64,000 nucleotides of DNA from Squalus acanthias (taxonomy: Eukaryota), in contig CM059425.1 in assembly GCA_030390025.1 (NCBI GenBank), forward strand, positions 175,090,001 to 175,154,000, read 5' to 3'. Below are positions 1 to 11,034 of the stretch, piece by piece (positions within the stretch are counted from its first letter, which is position 1; each line of letters opens with the position of its first letter). Position numbers and translations under genes: made by a program. Under the pieces are notes generated by a model. It was not told the origin of the DNA. It ran no database searches and worked only from the letters and a program-made list of their open reading frames with translations.

Positions 1-243
1 CAGTCACCAAAACACAACTAAAACCCCTACAAGAACATACGCCCAAACACCGAGACTAGACAGAGAAGAAGGACGATCTTAAATAAGGTCAGCCATCAAT
101 ACAGGTATAATCCCGAGGATGGTTAAAACAGAAAAGAAGTTGGCATCCCTGGCCAAAATCCAAATTTGGTACAGGAACCGACAAGAAAGACCGAAAAAGT
201 TAAATTGAGCTATTTTGTCCTAGAAGGACAAAAAAGGGGGGAA
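1..243 (+). mobile_element. 3' internal end of an endogenous retrovirus / LTR element, ending in a polypurine tract
   Basis: AAAAAAGGGGGGAA (230-243) directly precedes TGTGGAAG. This resembles the gammaretroviral-type PPT-LTR junction. No coding domain is recognisable in 1-229. Confidence 0.6.
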
Positions 244-379
244 TGTGGAAGTGCAGTTTTTGTCTCGGACAAAATAGTTTCCTTGAATTTAAACTAATAA
301 AATGGCCGACTCTGACTTGTGTGGAAAAGGGAAAAAATCCATTGTTATGTTCTTTTCTGAAAATAACTTTAAAGTCTTA
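244..379 (+). mobile_element. ERV 3' LTR, 5' part (interrupted by Harbinger)
   Basis: Starts TGTGGAAGT right after the PPT. This is an 8/9 inverted match to ACTTCGACA at 4955-4963. Confidence 0.65.
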
Positions 380-749
380 GGGGTAAAAATTCACTTGGTT
401 GCGCCTCCCGTTAGCGCCTTAAGAGGGCGCTAATGGGGCGTTAAGCCGCTAACGCCCGGGCGCAGCGCTGTTTGCGCCGCTCGAGAACTTAACTTGAGAT
501 TGTGCGGCGGCGCTAAAACTTACCGCTGCGACCACCTGCGTGCGCAGATTGTGACGTCATTCCCTGGTGCAACGCCCTTGGGGCGCCCCGGAGCGGAAAT
601 TGAGTGGCGCCCCCTGCCTTACCGCCTGGCGCTTCCAACGACCGGAAGACTGGAACGTTATCAATCGGTGTGGGGCTGGGGGGGGCGCTATTTAAAGGGG
701 GCCTCTTCCTGTCTTTTTCTGTGGTCGACATTTATGCACCACTCGTTCT

Positions 750-787
750 GAGAGAGAGAGAGAGATTCGGAGAGAGAGAGAGAGAGA
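750..787. repeat. Interrupted (GA)n microsatellite upstream of the transposase ORF
   Basis: Seen directly in the sequence. Confidence 0.9.
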
Positions 788-891
788 CTTCTACATTGAC
801 TCAATGCTTTGTGAGGTAGTTTTGCCTAGTTCATCCTAACTTTGTTGCTACTTTAGTTGCTGTACCTCATTACTTTTCTGGCAAAGAGAAT

Positions 892-2052
892 ATGGGGGCT
901 GCAATGATTGGGGGCGTCGTCCTGCTCCAGCTGAATCGGAGGATACTGAGACGCAGACAGAGAGTGGCAATGATGGCCAGACGGAGGAGGGCCATCAGGC
1001 GCATGTACAGGAGAGCTTACCCTCCCAGGGTATATCGTGAACAGCTCTCCTACATCCATATGTCCGAGGAGCTGTGTTTGCGAAGGCTGCGATTCAGCAA
1101 GGAGGTGGTCACTGAGCTCTGCCACCTGCTGCAGCCAGATCTGCAGCCTCAGCTGAGGTCCAGGACGTCTCTGTCGGTGGCAGTGAAGGTCACAGTGGCT
1201 TTGAACTTCTACGCCACTGGCTCATTCCAAGCTGCTGTTGGGGACCTCGCCAATATCTCCCAGTTTGCGGTGCATCGCTGCATCCGGCAGGTCACCAATG
1301 CCCTCTTCAGAAGGAGACGAGACTTCATCTCTTTCCCTATGACCCCAGACAAGCAGCGTGACCGTGCTCTGGGCTTTACGAGGGTAGCGGGCTTCCCCAT
1401 GGTGCAGGGCGCCATTGACTGCACGCATGTGGCTTTGTGTGCTCCGCGAGAGAATGCAGAGGAATTCAGGAACAGAAAGGGGTTCCATTCCTTGAATGTG
1501 CAGTTGGTCTGTGACCACAGACAGGTGATACTCGCTGTCAATGCCCACTATCCGGGCAGCTGCCACGATGCTTTCATCCTGCGCCAGACTACTGTGGCAG
1601 AAGTTTTCGAGGCACCGCATCAGCCAGTTGGTTGGCTTCTGGGGGACAAGGGGTACGCATTGAGCACCTGGCTGATGACACCGCTCCGTACGCCAAACAC
1701 CCCTGCTGAGCTGCGGTACAATGAAAGCCATCAAGCAACCAGGAACATTATTGAGCGCACAATCGGCGTGCTGAAACAACGGTTCCGCTGTCTGGACCAT
1801 TCCGGAGGAGCCCTGCAGTACTCGCCTGAGCAAGTTTCGAACTTCGTAGTCGTGTGCTGCATGTTGCACAACATGGCAATCCTCAGGACCCAGCCAATGC
1901 CACCAGGCCTTGTAGCACCACCAGAGGAGGAGGAGGAAGAGGAGGAAGAGGACGAGGACGATGATCATCAGCAGCACCAAGGCAGGAGGGCGGCCCACAA
2001 TGGTCAAACTGCAAGGGCCGTCCGTCAACGACTAATAGCAAGCCGCTTCTAG
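892..2052 (+). CDS. Harbinger DDE transposase (HARBI1-like family), 386 aa
   Basis: Uninterrupted ORF with GAIDCTHV, NRKGFHSLNVQLVCD, PGSCHDAFIL, LLGDKGY and IERTIGVLKQRFRCL motifs. It also has an N-terminal HTH-like region (ALNFYATGSFQ) and an acidic C-terminal tract. Confidence 0.93.
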   Translation: MGAAMIGGVVLLQLNRRILRRRQRVAMMARRRRAIRRMYRRAYPPRVYREQLSYIHMSEELCLRRLRFSKEVVTELCHLLQPDLQPQLRSRTSLSVAVKVTVALNFYATGSFQAAVGDLANISQFAVHRCIRQVTNALFRRRRDFISFPMTPDKQRDRALGFTRVAGFPMVQGAIDCTHVALCAPRENAEEFRNRKGFHSLNVQLVCDHRQVILAVNAHYPGSCHDAFILRQTTVAEVFEAPHQPVGWLLGDKGYALSTWLMTPLRTPNTPAELRYNESHQATRNIIERTIGVLKQRFRCLDHSGGALQYSPEQVSNFVVVCCMLHNMAILRTQPMPPGLVAPPEEEEEEEEEDEDDDHQQHQGRRAAHNGQTARAVRQRLIASRF

Positions 2053-2346
2053 GGCCCCTGCCATTGCTACAAACACTAATCAACCCAGCACGCAACCCCT
2101 AAGCCGGCCAAGGCACCAATAATTCCAACCACCAGCCATGTATATTTTGAATACAGAAACTTATTTATTTTACAAACTCTGTGTGTGTCAATTCCTCATG
2201 ACAAACTCATAGAAATAAACACAAAAAAACAGTCAATAACATAACTGGTTCTCACAACCTGGAGATAATGTCCAAAACACTAAACAAAAGTTGGACCATG
2301 AACCTCGGCCTTTAATAAAAAAATGACCAGCATTTTGGCACACCTC

Positions 2347-4223
2347 CTACTTTTTGCCCTTCGAGGGTGATCTCCTTCCCTTGCGCACTTCCCCCCTTCT
2401 AACCCTACTGCTCCTCCGTAATGGGACCTCAGTGGCTGCAGCAAGGCTGGTGGAAGGCTGCTGCTCGTCAGACCCTGACACTGCAGATGCCCCTGAAGGA
2501 CGGCCTCGACCACTTCTGGGCCTGGAGGGCCCGGCTGCAGACTGCACCAACTCTGCATGGGCGGCAGCAGTCTGTCCTACAGGCGGTGGCAAGTGCAGTG
2601 GAGAAGTGACAGTGTTGGCAGCAGGAATGCTGTCATCGTGAGAGAGGCCAGCATCTCCCTGCTCGCCCGACACACTGGCACTCCCACGGGGCAGCACTTC
2701 AGCATCCGGAGCAATTTGCCGGAGAACAGTTTGCTGGCCTGCTGCGGCGCGGTGACAGCCCCGGGGACATGTGCACGAACCATCGAGGTTGGCAGCAGTC
2801 TGTGCTCGCGTGGCCTCCATCTGAGTCTGTATGAGAGCAGTCAGAGGTGGGATCACGGCAGCCAGTGACTGAATTGCAGCACTAAGCGTTAGTGTGGCAT
2901 CCGCCTGTGCTACAGCGAAGTGCTCCACACTCCTTGCCAGTGACTCAATGCAATCGGGCACCCTTCCCACTGCACCCATGAGCTCAGTGTGCATGCCCAC
3001 CGCCTGGGTGTTCATTTCTGCAATCAGCCGCTCCTCCTCTGCGTCCATTGCAGTAGGAGTGTCTGGCATACTCTCCCTCTGGGGAGAAGGCCCCCGTTCT
3101 TCCCTACCCCCCCCATGGCGTTGCTGCAGCCCGCTGGGTCCTGGAGCTTCACCATCATCAGCCCCTTCCCCCCTGCTCCCCTCCGGGGAAGGCATGTTCC
3201 CAGTGTGGGCATGGGCTTCCTCGGGAGAGGGTGGCACTGATGCTCCGGCTTCCTCTTCCTCCTCAGCTGCAGCATCACTCCCAGTGGCAGCTTCAGGGCC
3301 CGTCTCCTCAGCTGGTGAATCACCATCTGAAAGCAGGGAGGTACAAGAGTGGCTTTACCGTGAAGACAGGGTGGCAGTAAGGGAGGAATAAGTGCAGCGA
3401 GTTAGCAAGTTGGATTGCAAGTGTCAAAGGCTGGTATTGTGAGGGACAAGTGGAAGGACAGAGGACAAAAAGGTGATGACCTTACCATTGCTGTCCACAA
3501 CGGGGTCGGCGTCTCCAGTGGCGACGGGACCGATCACCCGGCTTGCCACAATCCTGTGGACGCGCTCCTCCAGATCGCTGAGGGGTTGCAGCTGAAGCCG
3601 CCCTCCACCCGTCCGTTGCTGCTGTCTCCGATTATGAGCCAGCTTAGCCTGCAAGAAAAAGGACAGCATCTGAGTAAATATACAGCCATGGTCTTGCCTG
3701 ATGTGCCTCCCATAGGTGAATAGCCCTTACAATATACAGCCATGGTCTTGCCTGATGTGCCTCCCATAGGTGAATAGCCCTTACAATATACAGCCATGGT
3801 CTTGCCTGATGTGCCTCCCATAGGTGAATAGCCCTTACTGTATGCAAAGTGTGGAATGTGTGTGTGTGTTTGATGAAAGGGCCATAGGTGTTGGATGAGT
3901 GTTGTGCATTGGGGTTTTAAGACCCTCTGGCCATAGAGTGAGGTTGAGATGGAGGGATGGAGAGGTATTGAGAAAAAGCCACTCACCCTGACGACCCGAG
4001 TGAGGTCGTTGAACTTTTTGCGGCATTGAACATGGGTCCTGGGCACCATGCTCCTGGAGGAGACGCTCTGAGCCACCTCCCTCCACACTCTTCTGAACTC
4101 GCGTGGCAAAGGCCTCCTGCCACTCTCCGGGAACAGCATGCATCGTCTGCGCTCCACTGCGTCAACCAGAGCATCCAAGGCCCGCTCGGTGAAGCGATGA
4201 GCGCGTTCTCTCACCCTCTCCAT
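2347..4223 (-). CDS. Harbinger Myb/SANT-like DNA-binding protein, 3 exons (4223-3987, 3648-3486, 3326-2347), 459 aa
   Basis: Exon 1 encodes RFTERALDALVDAV...WREVAQSV...QCRKKFNDL. Donors are GTGAGT and GTAAG; acceptors are TTTTTCTTGCAG and CCTGCTTTCAG. Exon lengths 237+163+980=1380 nt join in frame to TAG. The C-terminus is basic (RRGEVRKGRRSPSKGKK). Confidence 0.85.
3677..3838. repeat. 3 x 54 bp perfect tandem repeat in intron 1 of the Myb-like gene
   Basis: Unit AATATACAGCC...GCCCTTAC starts at 3677, 3731 and 3785. Confidence 0.95.
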
Positions 4224-4581
4224 GCTTGGCAGCAAAATGGATTACAGGTCTCTCCAGGCTGAGATTCAAGGCTGCAATGAGCAGGGTGTGGCTGGGGAGC
4301 AAGTGGCCCCCCCCTGCTTTAAGAAGTGTCCGGCGCCAGTGTGTCTGTGTTCCCTCGCTAACTGGCAGCAGCTGCGCTGCGCTCGTGCGCTGAGTTAGCG
4401 CCTCACTCCTTGGCCTTTGCGCCTTAAGAGAGGTGTGCAGCGCCTACTTTAGCGCTCCACTCACCTCCCGGGGCGGTAAAAGTGAAGTTTCCTGTCAGTG
4501 CCGATAATTAGCGCCAGGCGCTAATATTTGCGTCCGGACGATATTTGCGCCCCAAATGGGGCGCGACCTAATTTCTACCCC

Positions 4582-4963
4582 TATGCTGTCAGCAAAAGAC
4601 TGCCTGCACAAAAGAAAACAGGCTTAATATTGAGATAACCAAGGGCTAGTAAAGTAAACAAACCAGGCGCCTTGGCCTTGGTGAGAGAAGTAAAATAGAT
4701 AGACTCCATTTTATAGAGATTAGCTAGTCTCATTGTAAGGCATTTCTAATGTGTTTTTTCTAATTGTTAGCTTAGCTTACCTTAAACAACATGTCATGTG
4801 ATATTATACTGTATAAGAATACTCCATTTTCTGTGATTCGGCAGTCTGTCATCATAGCTAATTGGGCTATGGTTGCAGTCTCCTTGCAAGTAAAATATAA
4901 TAAAAAGCCTTCTTTGACAATATTGTTTACAAGAGTCTTTAATCGGAAGTCGAAACTTCGACA
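4582..4963 (+). mobile_element. ERV 3' LTR, 3' part
   Basis: TATA-like TATAAG near 4812, AATAAA near 4899, and a terminal ...CTTCGACA. Tx1 sequence resumes abruptly at 4964. Confidence 0.65.
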
Positions 4964-7900
4964 CAGGCAATTGGACCGAACGACCCCCTCGACCGCCTGC
5001 TGCCTGGACCTGTTAATGGCCACTTTGGCCAGGCCCAGGAGCAGTCCTACGAGGAGGTCCTCCGACCTGCCCGCTCCCCTCCGCACCGGGTGACCGTAGA
5101 TCAGGAGCGTGGGACTGAAGTGCAACCAAAAATTGAGGAGCTGCCCCTTCAAATAATAGAACAGGGGCTGCAACCTCTGGCACTCTATATACACATGGAA
5201 CACGGACTCCTCCAGGCCGCAAAAAAGACAGGCGGCCTGGGAGTCCGTGAACCTACTTAAAAGCTGATTGCACGGGACTGCTCCGTGCAACACCCTCCAG
5301 GCCAAGTCCCCAATAGAAAAGGAGAGGACTCCCACATAGAGAGCCCTCCATTGGGGACCTCTGCCTCCGCCGGATGGCAAGATGGCACGCCAAGGCGTGT
5401 CCGGACGGCAGGCGAAGATGGCAAAGTGGAGAGTGTGCAGGAGCAGCCCGTACAGGGAACCCCTCCGTGCAGAACTAAAGGGCATGGAGGGCATTTCCCT
5501 CAGACGGCTCAAGTTGTGAGGCGCCGGTTCCCGAGAGGGGTTTCGGGGCCGCGCGCCGATGAGGAATTCTGTCCGAACGGGGGTCAGTTCGGATGGGATC
5601 GCCCCACGTGCTTGAGCCTCATCGATACACCTAGTGGAGTCGGGGCCCAGTGCCACTTTCAGCGACTCGATGGCTTTGGCCGTGCGCCAGACGTCGACCC
5701 AGGAGAGGCGCCGCGCCAACTCCTCAGGCACCATCCAGCCCGCTCCTCCGCCATCGAGCAGGTCTCTGACTCTGGTCACCTTGCCAGGCACAGCCCTGCC
5801 CTCCGCCAGCCACCCGATCCGTCGGACGTGGAGGTGTGGATTCCTGAGCAGCGGCTCCTGAAAGAGAGCCGCCACTCCTGACGGGGGAGAACGCCGCCTG
5901 GAGGCGACTTGGTTCCAGACCCATAGCAGTTCCTGGTAGAAGACAGGCAGCTCCCACAGGTAGGCACGCGTGCGGCCCAATTCCACAAACAGGAGCTGCG
6001 TGTCATAGTTGAGGCCGTGCATCTGGCGGAAGAAATACGTCGCCAGCGCACACCATCTGGGAGGATTCTCGACGTAAAGGTATCTCTGCAGCATCTGAAG
6101 ACGGAAAGTCGCTGCCTTGGTGCGAAGGCACACCAGCGCCTGACCGCCCTCCCTAAGCGGGAGACACAGAACCGCGGCAGAGACCCAGTGCTTCCTTTTG
6201 TCCCAGAAGAAGTCGATGAGCTTCTTCTGTATCTTGGCGACAAACACAGGGGGAGGGATCAAAGTGACCAACCGGTACCACAACATGGCGGCCACCAGCT
6301 GGTTTATGACCAGCGCTCGACCCCTGTAGGACAACACTCGGAGCAACCCCGTCCAGCATCCTAGGCGAGCGGTGACTTTGGCCTCCAGCTCGTGCCAATT
6401 CGCCGGCCAGGTGTCCTCAGTAGGGCCGAGCTAGACTCCCAAGTAGAGGAGGTGTGTTGTGCTCCAGGCGAAGGGCCTGAACTCCTCCGGCAGGGAGTCC
6501 ACCCGCCACTGGCCCACCAGGAGTCCAGAACATTTCTCCCAGTTGATCTTGGCGGAGGATGCGTCCGAGTAAATCTGCTGGCATTCTCGCATCCTCCGCA
6601 AGTCGACGGGATCCGTGACCATGAGGAGCACGTCATCGGCGTAAGCCGAGAGGACGACCTCCACGCCCGGCCTTTGCAGAGCCAGTCCCGTCAACCTCTT
6701 CCGCAAGAGGCGCAGGACAGGCTCCACGCAAACGGCGTATAACTGACCAGACATGGGGCATCCCTGACGCACCCACCTCCTGAAGCGAAGGGGCGCCGTC
6801 AAAGACCCGTTAACTTTAATCAGACACTCCACGGCGGCGTACAGAAGTCGGATCCGGGCGACGAAATGCGTCCCGAACCTGAATGCGCGCAGAGTTCCGA
6901 AAAGATACTCGTGAGCCACCCTGTCGAACGCCTTCTCCTGATCCAGGGAGAGGAAGGCGACCGACAGACCAGCCCTCTGGGAAAGGTGGACCAGATCCCG
7001 GACCAGATGGATGTTGTCATGGATGGACCGGCCCGGGACCATGTAGGACTGGTCAGGGTGGATCATGTGGGCCAGCACGGTGCCAAGGCGGGCAGACATG
7101 ACCCTGGCAAAAATTTTATAGTCCGTGCTGAGGAGGGAGACTGGGCGGCAGTTTTTTAAGAGGCGGAGATCACCCCTCTTGGGCAGCAGGACGATGACCG
7201 CCCTGCGCCAAGAGAGGGGCATCTCCCCGGTCGCCAGACTTTCCCCCAGGACCCGCGCATAGTCGCCCCCCAAGACGTCCCAGAACACCCTGTGGAACTC
7301 CACGGTCAGCCCGTCCAGCCCCGAGAACTTTCCCCTCGAGAGCTGGCCGAGGGCGCCGGTCAGCTCCGCCAAGCTTAGTGGAGTGTCCAATTTTTTCGGC
7401 GCCCTCCGGGCCAACCTTCAGGAGGTCCTCCCACAAAACTCTGCGCGCATCCTCGCTGGACGGATCCAGAGAGAACAGAGCCCCGTAATAGGCCCGGGTC
7501 TCCGCGCTGATTCCATCCGGATCCGAGACCAGAGATCCGTCGTCGGCCAGCAGCCCAAGAGCTGCTTACGGACCCCCCGTCTTTTTTCCAGCGAGTAGAA
7601 GAAGGGGGAGCCGCGGTCCAGTTCCTGGAGGAACTGGATCCGCGACCTCACGTACGCGCCTCGGGACCCGACCAGCTGCAGGTCCTTCAGCGCGCCCTTC
7701 TTCTCTTCGTACACCTTCCGCAGGGCCGGGTCCTCGACGACTTGACCGAGACGGGACTCCAGGTCGAGCACCTCCCTCTCCAACCGCCCGACCTGGGCCT
7801 CCCGCCTCTTGGTCGACCCCCTCGCGTACTCTTGACAGAAGAGATGGACGTGAGCCTTGCCCACGTCCCACCATAGCCTCAAGGAGGGGAAGCCCCCCTG

Positions 7901-8716
7901 CTTCCTTCCCCAGTCGGCCCAGAACCGACGAAACGAATCCCGGAACCGCGCGTCCTCCAGCAGCAGGTTGTTAAAATGCCAGTACGCGGATCCCCCCGGC
8001 GCGCGCAACGGAGCGAGCTCCGCCCACACCAGGTGGAGGTCCGTGCACGGCACCGGCTGCATGGAAGCCGCCGGAACGCAGGAGACGTACGCCCGGGAAA
8101 TATAAAGGCGGTCGATTCTGGACCTTCCTCCTCCAGACCCCACCCAAGTGAAGGCGCTGGAGTCGGGATGGAGATTTCGTCAGACGTCCACCAAGTCGAA
8201 GGACCCGACCAGGTCCCTCAACTTCACCATCGCCGCCAGGCTTTACGGAGGACCCGAACAGTCCCTCGCCTCGAGGGTACAATTGAAATCCCCCCTGAGG
8301 ATGACGCACTCGCCGACATCGATGGAGCCCAGAAGAGCGGACACTTCTTCGAAGAAGCGCACTTGCTGCGCACCGGCCTGGGGGGCGTACACGTTCACTA
8401 AATGGAGCGGCACGCCCCCCAGGCGAACAGTGACCTGGAGCAAGCGGCCTGGCACATGCTCCTTGACCCCCAAGATCTCCGGCTGAAAATGCGGGGCCAG
8501 CAAGATAGCCACCCCGCCGGAAATGTTGGAGAGGTGACTCATGTTGACCCCTCCTCGCCACTCTAGGAGCCAAGTGGCCTCGTCTCCTGGAACGGTGTGA
8601 GTTTCCTGCAGGAAGCACACCGCATGCCTCCCTTCCCGAAGGACCGAGAAGTTATTAAATCTACGGCGTGCCTCTCTGCTGCCATTGATGTTGAGGCTGG
8701 CTGTGGTTATCTTCAT
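4964..8716 (-). pseudogene. Tx1 ORF2 (endonuclease / reverse transcriptase), disrupted
   Basis: Motifs MKITTASLNING, FLQETH, GDFN, SRIDRLY, LDQEKAFDRV, QGCPMSG, YADD and CLFC..H..C. There is a stop near 8243 and frameshifts near 7420-7560 and 6400. Confidence 0.88.
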
Positions 8717-8794
8717 GACAAGAGCATAGTGCAACCTCTACCTAACCCTAACGGGAGGAGGGAGCACAGCCGCTAGTCGACCGCCATTCCCTTC

Positions 8795-10814
8795 TCAGCC
8801 CAGCGAGGAACTTCCGGATCCGACGCCGCTCGGCCGGGCCCACGCCCACGCCCATGATTTTGACGGCGGCGTGGACGGAGCAAACGAGCAGTGCCAGATC
8901 GACCATTTATCAATGGCCAGCCGGATTATATCTTGGTGACCCTGGCCCATGGCCACAAAGTCCCGGAGTTCCACAACGTGGATGAGGGGGGGCCCGGAGG
9001 GGGGCACGAGGGTATGCGCCGCCTCGCTGGCGACAGAGTTCATGTCATCCCCAGTGTCTCCCGCCGGGTCCCCGTCCTCCTCCGGGGGGTCACCATCAGC
9101 TGGCCCTACCGCTGCCCCGATCCCACCCCCAGGATCGGCGGCAGAGGAGTCCTCCCTGGGCTCCTCCAGAGGCTCCGGGTCAGGAAGCGGCGGCGGCTCA
9201 GGGCCTCCCCCCCCCCGCCCCTGGCACCGGGGTGCACGGGGAAACCGGGGAGTACATTAATGCCAGTTCCTGCAACACCCCCGGCGCCAGCGTCGGAGAC
9301 GGAGTCAGGGGGCCTTCCCCTTCACCGCCACCATCCTCCGACCCAGCGGACCAGGGACCTTGGCTGAATTCCTCAACCAGGTCGAGCAGCACCTGGGAAT
9401 AGTCTTGACCGTATACGGCGGGCTCAGCCTCATCGGCCTCGCCCACCCCGGTTGCCAGGATGCCCGACCTGGCGAGAAACAATGGTTCAATATATAGTTC
9501 CTCCGCAGGTAGTTCCGCGGCCCTCCCCACGAGCAGGGTCTCTTCCCCATCCCTGGGAGGCACAGGCTGGACAGACTCATCTGTCGTACCCTCCCGAGGG
9601 ACAGGCGACTCCTGCCGAGTGTTGGTGACGGTGTCGGTGGGCGGGGGGGTGGGCGCAGCACCCGCGGCGAGCGATGACTCCCCTTGCGAGGGGGGACCCT
9701 GTTCCTCGCGGTCCTCCTCCTCCTCCAGGGCGTTGCGCCTCCTTTTCAGTATGAAGGGACACGGAGGTTGGGAGACCTCCATGTGTACCGAGGCCTCCAC
9801 CTCCGCTCCCTCCTGTCGAACAGTTTGCTCGGGTCTCTCGGGCCCGGGCGCAGGTCTTGATTTTGCCGCCTTGGTGGTTGCGGCCGCAGGCCCGGGCACG
9901 AGGCTCCCTGCACTCTCGATCACCGCCGCCTCCTGCGCAAGGTACGGTGGCGTAAGCCCGGGTAGCTCATCCTGTATGTCAAGGGGACCCGCCTGAAGGT
10001 GTTTACTTTTCCTCCGCGCCTTCCTTCCGATCGGACGCTCCCCCTCCCCTCCACCGGAGGCCGCGACGGCGTTGACCTCCGGCGTCGACCGCGCATCGGG
10101 TGTCGCGGACGCGCGGACAGAAACGGAGGGAGGAGCGGCGTTAGCGCCAGCCTTGGCCGCCTCAGATGTTTTGGCGGCCTTGGAGGCAGGGCAGTTCTTT
10201 CTTATGTGCCCCACCTCCTTGCAGGCGTGGCACCGCACACCGTCCTACGTCCAGAAGACGCGGTAGGCGGTCCCCTCGTGTTGGACAACAAACGCGCCTT
10301 CTGTGTCCTCCTCCCGCACCAGCTGGATAAACAGCTGGCGCCGGAAGGAGAAGACATGCCGGAGGCTGGCCTCCCTGCAGCCGAGCGGGATCGGATTAAT
10401 CCCCGACCTCACCTCCCCCAGTTGACGTAGGTGGGGTAGGAAGAGCTCACCCGGAACAAAGGGCGGGACGTTTGAAAGGACGATTCGCTGCGCAGTGGCC
10501 TCAAGCGGATCCACCGGCAGGAAGGTCCCGCCCACGGTGAGCCCCTTCGTGACGGCCAGGGACACTGCCCGCTCCGACCCCAGGAAGAACACAGCCTTGC
10601 CGTACATTTTAGAGGCCGCTACGATGGCTGAGGGGCCGACTACCCCAGCCATGACTTTAACGCAAGCCTCTATGGTCATGTTGGGGTGAGTGTAGCTCTT
10701 CACCCCAGGCTTTTTTGTCAGTAACCTGAAAGGCGACGGGGCAGCAGAAGCAACGGGACTTATACCCGCGTATGACCTTGCTGGCCCCGTCGCCGGCGAT
10801 GATGTGCTCGCCAT
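8795..10814 (-). pseudogene. Tx1 ORF1 (RRM-like region plus CCHC knuckle), disrupted
   Basis: Motifs IVAASKMYGKAVFFL, IVLSNVPPF and CHACKEVGHIRKNC. There is an in-frame TAG at 10245-10247 and a frameshift near the poly-C at about 9206-9217. The 3' boundary is approximate. Confidence 0.8.
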
Positions 10815-11034
10815 AATGAGGGGGTGTTATAAAGGGCTACACTCACCCCAAGTCACAGGCCGGGTGATGGTTGAAATGGCCTAGGTAGTTGTTTTTTTGT
10901 CTCTTCCCTGAGCAGAGGGGGTTGTTTTAAAAATGAAGGCACGCCTCTCCCTTTGATGATTGGAATTGGGAGAGGGGCTTTCTGCCCTCTGCTCAAATGG
11001 GTAATTAATAGATAAAGGATTGAGGTGCCTCATT

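Larger units (their letters stand above)
380..4581. mobile_element. Full-length, apparently autonomous PIF/Harbinger DNA transposon
   Basis: TIRs GGGGTAAAAATT (380-391) and AATTTCTACCCC (4570-4581). GC-rich subterminal regions carry repeated TAGCGCC/GGCGCTA motifs. Convergent transposase and Myb-like genes lie inside. Confidence 0.92.
4964..11034 (-). mobile_element. Tx1-clade (L1 group) non-LTR retrotransposon, 5'-complete, 3' end displaced by the ERV insertion
   Basis: GC-rich two-ORF structure: ORF1 with a zinc knuckle, ORF2 with APE endonuclease, RT and a C-terminal zinc finger. The 5' end abuts (TC)n. Confidence 0.88.

Noticed and set aside
892..2052. Host gene HARBI1
   Set aside because: The ORF lies between TIRs with a Myb partner gene and a cognate MITE, so it is a transposon gene rather than the domesticated locus.
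3677..3838. Possible CRISPR-like array
   Set aside because: The units are identical and contiguous with no spacers, and the context is eukaryotic.
3534..3986. C-terminal repeat peptide (YCKGYSPMGGTSGKTMAV)x3 of the 233 aa ORF
   Set aside because: This is read-through past a GTGAGT donor into an intronic 54 bp tandem repeat.
4772..4963. Novel C-terminal extension of the 524 aa Tx1 ORF
   Set aside because: This is chance read-through into the antisense strand of the inserted LTR.
5000..10700. Many overlapping + strand ORFs
   Set aside because: These are antisense shadows of GC-rich Tx1 coding sequence with no recognisable domains.
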